This document shows, piece after piece, positions 8,105 through 15,874 of a DNA stretch of 64,000 bases; positions within the stretch are counted from its first letter, which is position 1, and every line of letters begins with the position of its first letter. The translations under genes were made by a program, and so were the position numbers. Below the pieces are notes generated by a model that did no database searches, was not told the DNA's origin, and was given only the letters and a program-made list of their open reading frames with translations. The stretch is from Candidatus Multivoradales bacterium (GTDB taxonomy: Bacteria; Acidobacteriota; Thermoanaerobaculia; Multivoradales; J023). The stretch spans positions 3,104,001 through 3,168,000 of the forward strand of contig CBDFLE010000006.1 in NCBI GenBank assembly GCA_965248925.1. The letters run 5' to 3'.

Positions 8105-10324
8105 TTGTCTGTCGAAGCATCGTATTTCTCTGCCACGACGTTGCCTGGGTCGGCCTCCCTGCGATCTCTTGTCGCCAGAGTGCGGAGATGCTCTGGGATG
8201 GCCGCATGTATTTGGGTGCTGATGCTGTGGCAGGTGGTGGTAGCTCCCGGCCGAGCCCAGGTGCTGAATGAGTTTGTCGCCAACCACACCGGCACCGACA
8301 GCCATGAGTTCGTCGAGGTGGCCGGCATGCCGAGCACCGATCTGTCGGCTCTGACGGTGGTGCAGATCGAGGGTGACTCAGGCAATAATCCAGGCAATCT
8401 CGATTCAGCGGAGACGGTTGGCAGCACTGATGCGGCGGGTATTTGGGTCGGCACTTTCAGCAACAATGTGCTGCACAATGGCACCATGACCTTGCTCTTG
8501 GTAGAGGGCTACAGCGGCACCCTCGGCAGTGACCTGGATAGTAACGACGATGGCGTGCTCGACCTGGTGCCATGGACCTCGGTGATTGATTCGGTGGGGG
8601 TCGGCGATGGCGAAGCTGGCGACCACAACTACCTGGCCGACACCGTTCTGCTAGCTAATTTCGATGGTGTTTCTTTCGTTCCCGGCGGTGCCTCGCGGAT
8701 CCCCAACGGCACCGATACAAATTCGGTCGCCGACTGGGCCCGCAACGACTTCAGCGGCGAGGGGCTGCCCGGTTTCAGTGGCTTCCTCGATCCAGGCGAA
8801 GCCCTCAACACTCCCGGGCTGATCAACTCCACCGCCCTGGCGCCGGGCAGCGCGCCGCGGCTCAATGAGCTGGTCGCCGATCATGTCGGGGCCGACACGG
8901 CGGAATACGTGGAGATCTTCGGCAGCCCGCTGGCCGACTATTCGTCCTTCTGGGCAGTGCTGCTCGATGCGGGCGGCACGGTCAGCAGTGCTCGCCAGTT
9001 GGGCACCACCACCGGCACCGGGCTGTGGGTTTCGGCGTTGACCGCTGGCGAGCTGCCCGATACCGCCATTAGCGTTCTACTGGTGGAGGACTGGACCGGC
9101 ACGGTGGGCAGCGACCTCGACAGCGGTGACGACGGCACCCTCGACAGCCAGCCGTGGAGCATGCTGCACGACAGTCTGTCGATCGACCATGGCCTGGCCG
9201 CTGAGCAGGTCTATGGGGCGACCGTGCTGGGAGCTGGTTGGGACGGCTTGCCGGGGGCGCCGGGCGGTGTTTCGCGCTATCCCACCGGCGTCGACACTGG
9301 CAGCCCGTCGGATTGGTTGCGCAACGACTTTGATGGCACCGGGCTACCGGGATTTCTGCAAGATATTCGGCGACCGACGCGGGCGGTAGATGGCGGTGAG
9401 GCCGAGAACACTCCTGGCCTGACCAATCTGGCGGCGGTGTTGAGCTACTACAGCAGCGCCAATCCGACCGATGCCGCCACCCTGCGCGCCTCCTTGCATG
9501 CCTTGATCGACGACCACGTTCGCCATCCTTACACCGCTGGCGATACCGACACTTGGGACATTCTCGAGCGAGCCGACCAAGACCCCCTCGACAGCGGGCG
9601 GATCTTGACCCTCTACAAGAACGCTCCCTATCCCAAGGCCGGAGGTGGCAATAGCGACTACAACCGTGAACACACTTGGCCGAGGACTTTCGGCTTTCCC
9701 GACAACACCGCCGACAGCTCCCCCTACACCGACACTCACCAACTGCGGCTGGCCGATATCGACTACAACTCCGACCGCGGCTCGCGGATTTTCGGCCTGT
9801 GTGATTTTGGTTGCATGGAAAACCCCAGTGACGTTTACAACGGCGAGGGTGGTGGCGTGGGCATGTATCCCGGCAACTCCAACTGGTTCACCGCCGCCGA
9901 TGGTGCCGGCGGGTTGTGGCAGACCTGGGGGCACCGTCGCGGCGATGTGGCGCGGACCATGCTCTATCTCGATGTGCGCTACGCCGGCGGTAGCCACGGC
10001 GCCACCGGCTTTGCCGAGCCCGACTTGGTGCTGACCGACAATGTCGCCCTGATCGTCGGCAGTGGCACCAACACCACCGGTACCGCCCATATGGGACTGC
10101 TGGCCACCTTACTCGCTTGGCATGCGGCGGATCCGGTGGATGCCGGCGAACGCCAGCGCAATGAGTGGGTCTATCGTTTCCAGGGCAACCGCAATCCCTT
10201 CGTCGACCATCCGGAGTGGGTGAGTTGCATCTTCGCCGGTGGGGTGTGCGAGGTCGGAGCGATCTTCGACAACGGTTTCGAAGCGGGCGACGCCGATGCA
10301 TGGACGGCGTCGTTGGGCCTGTAG
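8105..10324 (+). CDS. Extracellular endonuclease I family protein with two lamin-tail-like repeats (start possibly 8198)
   Basis: NREHTWP, N..RG, RGDVAR..LY..RY, DPVD..E..RN..QGNRNPFVDHPE; duplicated LNE..A.H.G.D..E.VE...NDF.G.GLPGF...NTPG domain; signal peptide. Confidence 0.9.
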   Translation: MSVEASYFSATTLPGSASLRSLVARVRRCSGMAACIWVLMLWQVVVAPGRAQVLNEFVANHTGTDSHEFVEVAGMPSTDLSALTVVQIEGDSGNNPGNLDSAETVGSTDAAGIWVGTFSNNVLHNGTMTLLLVEGYSGTLGSDLDSNDDGVLDLVPWTSVIDSVGVGDGEAGDHNYLADTVLLANFDGVSFVPGGASRIPNGTDTNSVADWARNDFSGEGLPGFSGFLDPGEALNTPGLINSTALAPGSAPRLNELVADHVGADTAEYVEIFGSPLADYSSFWAVLLDAGGTVSSARQLGTTTGTGLWVSALTAGELPDTAISVLLVEDWTGTVGSDLDSGDDGTLDSQPWSMLHDSLSIDHGLAAEQVYGATVLGAGWDGLPGAPGGVSRYPTGVDTGSPSDWLRNDFDGTGLPGFLQDIRRPTRAVDGGEAENTPGLTNLAAVLSYYSSANPTDAATLRASLHALIDDHVRHPYTAGDTDTWDILERADQDPLDSGRILTLYKNAPYPKAGGGNSDYNREHTWPRTFGFPDNTADSSPYTDTHQLRLADIDYNSDRGSRIFGLCDFGCMENPSDVYNGEGGGVGMYPGNSNWFTAADGAGGLWQTWGHRRGDVARTMLYLDVRYAGGSHGATGFAEPDLVLTDNVALIVGSGTNTTGTAHMGLLATLLAWHAADPVDAGERQRNEWVYRFQGNRNPFVDHPEWVSCIFAGGVCEVGAIFDNGFEAGDADAWTASLGL

Positions 10325-10364
10325 CTGCTAGGGATGAATGCCCAAATCATGGAGGAGGGAACCG

Positions 10365-11552
10365 ATGAGCGAAAGAGAAAGCCAGTTTAGACCGCCGAAC
10401 CGGGTGCTGATGGGGCCGGGACCGAGTGAAGTTCCAGCATCGATCCGAGCCGCCTTGGCGTGGCCGACGATAGGTCATCTCGACCCCGAGTACCTGCGCT
10501 TGATGGACGAGATAGGCGACATGTTGCGCCGTCTCTTTCGCACCGACAACCGTCTTACCCTGGCCTTGCCCGGCACTGGTACTTGCGGCATGGAGGCTGC
10601 CGTAGCCAACTTGATCGAGCCTGGCGATCGCCTGTTGGTGGTAGTGGCGGGCTATTTTGGTGGTCGCCTGGCGGAGATCGGTGAACGCTGCGGCGGCCAG
10701 GTCGAACGTCTCGAAGTGGAGTGGGGCAGCACTGCCCGACCCGAGCAGGTGCAAGCCGCTCTAGCTGCCCATCCTGATACCAAAGTGGTGGCGATCGTCC
10801 ATGCTGAGACTTCCACCGGCGCCCACCAACCGCTGCAAGAGATCTCGACCCTGGTGCACGATGCTGGCGCTCTGCTGTTGGTCGATGCGGTCACGTCCCT
10901 GGGCGGGGTCGAGTTGCGAGTTGACGATTGGCGCATCGATGCTTGCTACAGCGGCACCCAGAAGTGCCTCTCCTGCCCGCCCGGTCTGTCGCCGATTACC
11001 TTTTCGCCGGCGGCGATGGAAGCTATCCAGAACCGCTCCAAGCCGGTGCAAAGCTGGTATTTGGACATGGGGTTGCTGGCTACCTACTGGGGCGAGCAGC
11101 GGGCCTATCACCACACCGGGCCGATCAACATGAGCTACGCCTTGCACGAGGCTTTGCGGGAGCTGCAGGAAGAAGGCCTCGAACAGCGCATCGCGCGCCA
11201 CTCCCTGCACCACGAGGCGCTGCGAGCCGGGCTCGAGGCCCTCGGTTTGCGCTATATCGCCGAACGTTCCCTGCCGATGCTCAATGCTGTCGCCGTCCCC
11301 GAAGGGGTGGACGACGCCGCCGTGCGCGGCCGTCTTTTGGGCGAGTATGGCATCGAGATCGGCGCCGGTTTGGGGCCGTTTGCCGGCCGCGCTTGGCGCA
11401 TCGGTCTGATGGGTGCTTCGTCGAGTCGGCGCCACGTGTTGCTGGTGTTGGCGGCCCTCGAAGCGATCCTCGCCGACCAGCCGGTCGACATTATCGGCGG
11501 AGCTGCCTTGGCGGCGGCGGGCGGAGTCTACGCCCAGAAAAGTCAGCGATGA
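10365..11552 (+). CDS. Alanine-glyoxylate/serine-pyruvate aminotransferase (class V PLP)
   Basis: LMGPGPS, HAETSTG, DAVTSLGG, SGTQKCLSCPPG; GGAGG RBS before ATG 10365. Confidence 0.93.
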   Translation: MSERESQFRPPNRVLMGPGPSEVPASIRAALAWPTIGHLDPEYLRLMDEIGDMLRRLFRTDNRLTLALPGTGTCGMEAAVANLIEPGDRLLVVVAGYFGGRLAEIGERCGGQVERLEVEWGSTARPEQVQAALAAHPDTKVVAIVHAETSTGAHQPLQEISTLVHDAGALLLVDAVTSLGGVELRVDDWRIDACYSGTQKCLSCPPGLSPITFSPAAMEAIQNRSKPVQSWYLDMGLLATYWGEQRAYHHTGPINMSYALHEALRELQEEGLEQRIARHSLHHEALRAGLEALGLRYIAERSLPMLNAVAVPEGVDDAAVRGRLLGEYGIEIGAGLGPFAGRAWRIGLMGASSSRRHVLLVLAALEAILADQPVDIIGGAALAAAGGVYAQKSQR

Positions 11553-11914
11553 ACTTCGAGCTGCGACTCAAGAGAGTTTATGACCGGGCAGCGGCGGAAG
11601 ACGGTTTCCGGATCCTGGTCGAGCGCTTGTGGCCGCGGGGGGTCAGCAAGGAAAAAGCGCGGCTCGACCTGTGGCTGCGCGACATCGCTCCGTCGCCCGA
11701 GCTGCGCCAGTGGTTTGCCCACGACAGCTCCAAGTGGGACCAGTTCCAGGTCCGCTATCGGGCTGAGTTGAGTTGCCGGCCAGCCTTGGTCGAGACCCTT
11801 GTCGAGCAGCTGAGTTCCGGCCCCGTCACCCTGGTCTACGCCGCTCACGGCGAGCAGACCAGTGCTCGGTTGCTGAAAGAGTACGTCGAAGCGTTGTTGA
11901 CTGTAGACGGCTAG
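11549..11914 (+). CDS. DUF488/YeaO family protein
   Basis: KRVYD...DGFRILVERLWPRGVSKE..APS.ELRQWFAHD; ATGA overlap with aminotransferase. Confidence 0.92.
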   Translation: MNFELRLKRVYDRAAAEDGFRILVERLWPRGVSKEKARLDLWLRDIAPSPELRQWFAHDSSKWDQFQVRYRAELSCRPALVETLVEQLSSGPVTLVYAAHGEQTSARLLKEYVEALLTVDG

Positions 11915-12087
11915 CTTTTTCGAAACGGGAAGCAACAAGCCAAACCTCAGTTTACTCTCAGAGGTCGATCGTCAAGATCTACTCCAGATGCTAACCAGCC
12001 GCCGCCGACAGGAATGGCGGCTTCAAGTGAGTTATTGGCTGGAGATGTTTTCGCAGGCTTTTCGTTACTGAACTGTCGTCGGGGTCT

Positions 12088-12486
12088 TTATCTTCGTAGA
12101 ACTTCAAGTGCGACGCCGAGACATCCTAGTACTAGCAGCGAGATCAATATCGCCCCAGGAACAATTGTGATCTTGGCTTCTAGTACCATTATTGACAATA
12201 GCGTGGAAAGGCTGGCGCCACCCACCGCGCCGCCAATGATCCCCATGGCTTTGTGAGTCTTCTTGTTGCGCGACTTTAGTTGTTCCGCCCCGTGTTCGAT
12301 GTGGGCCGGGGAGACGATGTCGAGGTCTTCCCGAACAGCAAGCAGGATGCTCTGTTGGGTTAGTTCGGTGCGGTACAGAATAGCTTTTTCGTCGAGCAGA
12401 TCTTGAGCGGCCTCGGTAAACGGCAGTTTCTTGCTTGGATCCAGAATCCGCAAGAGTTGTTTTGTGTTACGAGGGTTGTTGGGCAC
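12088..12486 (-). CDS. Histone-fold-like protein with two C-terminal transmembrane helices
   Basis: FTEAAQDLL...Y...L....ILLA....IVS..HIE.G...L follows the alpha2-L2-alpha3 histone-fold pattern; two hydrophobic segments follow a basic linker. Confidence 0.6.
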   Translation of the reverse strand: MPNNPRNTKQLLRILDPSKKLPFTEAAQDLLDEKAILYRTELTQQSILLAVREDLDIVSPAHIEHGAEQLKSRNKKTHKAMGIIGGAVGGASLSTLLSIMVLEAKITIVPGAILISLLVLGCLGVALEVLRR

Positions 12487-12549
12487 GGGTCACCTTGGCC
12501 TTCTCTGAGTTGTTGAAATCTATAGCTTTAAGGTCATTGAGTCTCTAGG

Positions 12550-12780
12550 TCACTTGGTTCGTTGAGCTTCTGTGCGCCAGACGTCGTTGAGGTTTTGAGC
12601 AATATCGTCGTTCCCTCTGCGGAGCTTCCGGAGCCTCTCGGAGACTAATCTTTCGGCCGCATCGGCTGCATTCTTCCCATAGCCACCATGGCCCACCAGA
12701 GCTTCGAGAAACAGCTTGTTCATCAGCGTTGTGGAGATCGTAATCTGGACTGATGGGACTGTGTTCGCGGAACGCGGCAT
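12550..12780 (-). CDS. Small ribbon-helix-helix-like DNA-binding protein
   Basis: 76 aa; alternating beta strand VQITIST then LEALVGHGGYGKNAADAAERLV, resembling the LV..G.Y....E pattern of ParD/CopG-like RHH proteins. Confidence 0.5.
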   Translation of the reverse strand: MPRSANTVPSVQITISTTLMNKLFLEALVGHGGYGKNAADAAERLVSERLRKLRRGNDDIAQNLNDVWRTEAQRTK

Positions 12781-12844
12781 AGCTTGACTCTGTTGCGGTC
12801 AATCGTGACCTTTTCAGGTGAATTGCCGAAGCGGCTTACTTTCT

Positions 12845-12880
12845 AATCTATTCTATTGTAATAAGAATGTCAATAGAATA
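12845..12880 (-). promoter_or_regulatory. Sigma70-type promoter overlapped by a 10-bp inverted repeat
   Basis: Minus strand TTGACA(12873-12868)-N17-TAGATT(12850-12845); TATTCTATTG(12849-12858)-N12-CAATAGAATA(12871-12880). Confidence 0.7.
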
Positions 12881-13248
12881 CGTACGTGGAGATGTCGTAT
12901 GCGAAGAGGATTCAAGCACTACATATAGTGGCTGTTCATAAGTTACGCTTTATTTGCGTGTGCACTTGAGGCGCCTAAATATCTTGGTGGCCAAGCACTC
13001 TGAATTCTCTCGCCAGCTGTTGGCAGTCGAGAGTAAGACGAAGCGACTCACGCTCAACGACTGCAAGGTTCATTGGGCTGTGGCCGCCGATTCATAGCAG
13101 CGGGCTCAGTGGCGCCTGTCCGAGGAAAGTCGGATAGTCCAACAGGGGCTTAGATGGGGAGTTGGCGGCCCGAGACATTGAGGGTGGGGGGCGTTGCTAG
13201 CTTCAGCGGCCACGCCAGCTTGCGATGAATTTCGCTTGCCTCAGGGGC

Positions 13249-13830
13249 TCACCCTCTTTGCCTGGGCCAGTTCTTGGCCATCCAAGATGGGTTCAGCCGC
13301 CAGCCGGTGGAGGGTTGCACGGCATCGCGGCGGGAGATTGCTGGCGGCAGCAGGTCGGCGGTGAACGGTGAGTGGTGGATCCAAGGTGGCCGCCAGCTCA
13401 GCCAACGTAGGTGGGTGATTCTGCTCAAGTCGGGGCTGTAGAGCAGGTCGAACGTCGCGCGGCCGAGGCGGTCGACTATGTTGGTGGCTTTGAGAGCCGC
13501 CTTTGCCGGGTGGTCGCTAAAGCGCGGCTTGGCCAACACCCACCATGGATCGTAGTGCCACAGTCGGCCAAGTTCGCCGGCCTGATCGCCGAGCGATCGC
13601 GGCTCGAGGCCGGCCGCGATCTGCAATCCCCACCAGTGCCGGGTTACCGCTCCCGGCCTGGCGGCAAGATCCAAGATCGCCGGCGAATGCGGCAGGATCA
13701 GCATGAAACGCTGCACCCGTCCGCTGGCGTCGAAGAAGGGAAAGACGCTGGTCTGCGAGTAGCTCCGCGAACCGATTCGCAGGGTTGTTCCGTGCAGGGA
13801 GCGGGCCGAGCAATGACGACGCTGAGTCAA
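13249..13830 (-). CDS. Hypothetical Trp/Pro-rich protein, third gene of gntR-SPFH operon
   Basis: 4-bp overlap with SPFH stop; 193 aa; no recognised motif. Confidence 0.6.
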   Translation of the reverse strand: MTQRRHCSARSLHGTTLRIGSRSYSQTSVFPFFDASGRVQRFMLILPHSPAILDLAARPGAVTRHWWGLQIAAGLEPRSLGDQAGELGRLWHYDPWWVLAKPRFSDHPAKAALKATNIVDRLGRATFDLLYSPDLSRITHLRWLSWRPPWIHHSPFTADLLPPAISRRDAVQPSTGWRLNPSWMAKNWPRQRG

Positions 13831-14690
13831 GGGTCGTCTCGGGGGGCTTCGAAGGCGGTCGCCGCGAGCCCGACAATGCCAGGATTCATCGACTCGACCA
13901 TCCCCGAGGGCACCACCATCAGCGCCCCGCGCTCTTTGATCGACTCGTAGGTCATGTTCATCGCCCGGATACGGAGAGCAGTTGGGTTTTGCCGATAAAC
14001 CTGCGACGCTTTGTCCATCTGTTCAGCCACCAGCAGCTCGGATTCGGCCAAGATGACCCGCGCTTCTTTCTCGCGATCGGCTTGAGCCTTGCGACTCATG
14101 GCGTCTTCGAGGCTGGCCGGAATGCGCACGTCGCGGATCTCCACCGACTGCACGGTGACTCCCCATTCCGAAGTCTTGGCGTCGATCAGCCGCTGTAGCT
14201 CTTCGTCGAGCCTTTGTCGGTCGGAGATCATCTCAACCAACTCGGCTTGGCCGATGATATCGCGCAAGGTGGTTTGGGCCGCCCAGCTGACGGTGGTGGC
14301 GTAGTGCTCGACTTCGAGCACCGCCCGTTGGGCGTCGGTCACCACCCAGAACAGCACCGCGTCCACATCCACTGGCACGGTGTCTTGAGTCAGGGTCTTC
14401 TCGGCCGAGAAGGAGTCGGCACGGATGCGCATGTCAACCCGTGAACTCAGCGTATCGAACAGCGGTAGCAGCCAGGAGATGCCGGGTTTCAAGACCCGCC
14501 GGAATCGGCCCAGGCGCAGCACCACGCCGCGCTGCCACTCATTGACTTGGCGGGGAGAGAGGGCCAGCAGCCCGCCGAGCAGCAGAATCTCTATCGGTGG
14601 CCGGTGCCAAAGCGCCACGAACCCCCCGGCCAGCGCCAGAGTGACGGCGATGATCAGCCCGCAGACTACATTCGAGCTACCTTTCAGCAT
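13827..14690 (-). CDS. SPFH/slipin (stomatin-like) membrane protein
   Basis: RGVVLRLGRF, LTQDTVPVDVDAVLFW, AQTTLRDIIG, WGVTVQSVEIRDV. Confidence 0.93.
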   Translation of the reverse strand: MLKGSSNVVCGLIIAVTLALAGGFVALWHRPPIEILLLGGLLALSPRQVNEWQRGVVLRLGRFRRVLKPGISWLLPLFDTLSSRVDMRIRADSFSAEKTLTQDTVPVDVDAVLFWVVTDAQRAVLEVEHYATTVSWAAQTTLRDIIGQAELVEMISDRQRLDEELQRLIDAKTSEWGVTVQSVEIRDVRIPASLEDAMSRKAQADREKEARVILAESELLVAEQMDKASQVYRQNPTALRIRAMNMTYESIKERGALMVVPSGMVESMNPGIVGLAATAFEAPRDDP

Positions 14691-15084
14691 CAGCGATCTC
14701 CTTCCACAGGGTTTCGATCAAACGGCCGACTTCCCCGACTCGCAGGCCGGCGTCGCGGCTCAGTTCGACCAGGCGGCGAGCGCTGGCCGAAATTTCCTCG
14801 AGCCGCGCGGGCTCGACCACTTGCTCAGCACTGGCCGCGGTGACGAAGGTGCCGACGCCTCGTTCCAAGCGCAGCAGACCCTCGCGCTGCAGGTCGCGGT
14901 AGACCCGGGCCACCGTGTTGGCGTTGATCCCTAGCTCCACCGCCAAGCTGCGCACCGTTGGCAGAGCGGCCCCGGCAGCCAGCTGGCCACGGTGGATCCA
15001 CAGCCGTATCTGTTCTTCGAGCTGGATGTAGATCGGGATACCGCTACCGCGATCCACCGCAATAGGAATCTCAAGCGTCTGCAT
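14677..15084 (-). CDS. GntR family (YtrA subfamily) transcriptional regulator
   Basis: PIYIQL, LPTVRSLAVELGINANTVARVYRDL, GVGTFV; short C-terminal domain. Confidence 0.93.
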   Translation of the reverse strand: MQTLEIPIAVDRGSGIPIYIQLEEQIRLWIHRGQLAAGAALPTVRSLAVELGINANTVARVYRDLQREGLLRLERGVGTFVTAASAEQVVEPARLEEISASARRLVELSRDAGLRVGEVGRLIETLWKEIADAER

Positions 15085-15106
15085 GAGTCTCAGAGTATAG
15101 TGACCT

Positions 15107-15130
15107 AATGAACTAGTTAACTAGTTCATT
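15107..15130. promoter_or_regulatory. Perfect 24-bp palindrome, putative YtrA operator
   Basis: AATGAACTAGTTAACTAGTTCATT, 22 bp upstream of the gntR start. Confidence 0.75.
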
Positions 15131-15220
15131 TTTTGAAAAATGAACGCTCTTCACACCTCTTGATCCATATATTGCGAAGTTGCTATCGTTGGTCTACACC
15201 TAGTCGAGAGGGAGAGAGTC

Positions 15221-15874
15221 GTGGATCGCGAGGAAACTACCTCGGGGATCTCGCCAGTCGTTGTCCGGCCAGAGCCACCGCCCCTCGGTGAGCTGCGCGG
15301 AGAAGTCACCGGCATGCTGCGCGCTTGGCGAGCTGGTGATACCGCTGTCATGGATCGGTTGATGCCGGTGGTCTATGCCGAACTGCGCCGCTTGGCCGGT
15401 TTCTACATGCGGGCGGAGCGTGGTGGGCACACGCTACAGCCGACGGCGTTGATTCACGAGGCCTATCTGCGCTTGGTCGAGCAGCGCGGGCTGGACTGGC
15501 AGAGTCGTGCCCATTTTGTTGCCGTGGCAGCGACCATGATGCGTCGGGTGTTGCTCAATCATGCTCGCGCCCAACAGGCGGAGAAACGGGGTTCGGGAGA
15601 GCCGCTGCTACCCCTTGACGCGGTCGTCGAAACCCTCGGCTGGCAGCCGGCGGAGTTGATAACCCTCGACGATGCGATGGCTGATCTGACGCGCACTGCG
15701 CCACGGCTGGGCCAGATCGTCGAGTTGCGCTTGTTCGGTGGTTTCAGTGTTGTCGAATCAGCTCGTTACCTTGAAGTTTCCACTGCCACGGTCAAGCGTG
15801 ATTGGCGCTTGGCCAAGGCTTGGCTGCGGCGCCAGCTGAGTCGCGAGTCGGCAATAGAGGAGGCCACAGGGTGA
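15221..15874 (+). CDS. ECF sigma factor (TIGR02999-like, kinase-associated)
   Basis: VYAELRRLA, HTLQPTALIHEAYLRL, MRRVL...AR...AEKRG, TVKRDWRLAKAWL. Confidence 0.93.
   Translation: MDREETTSGISPVVVRPEPPPLGELRGEVTGMLRAWRAGDTAVMDRLMPVVYAELRRLAGFYMRAERGGHTLQPTALIHEAYLRLVEQRGLDWQSRAHFVAVAATMMRRVLLNHARAQQAEKRGSGEPLLPLDAVVETLGWQPAELITLDDAMADLTRTAPRLGQIVELRLFGGFSVVESARYLEVSTATVKRDWRLAKAWLRRQLSRESAIEEATG

Noticed and set aside
11988-12040. attC-like arrangement (AATAAC...GTTAGC on minus strand around a GCCGCC/GGCGGC stem)
   Set aside because: R boxes are imperfect, L-box spacing is wrong, and there is no integrase or second site; more likely a simple hairpin
15107-15130. Palindrome core GAACTAGTTAACTAGT resembles the E. 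coli trp operator
   Set aside because: No trp genes or trpR nearby; position directly before a YtrA-type gntR is better explained by autoregulation
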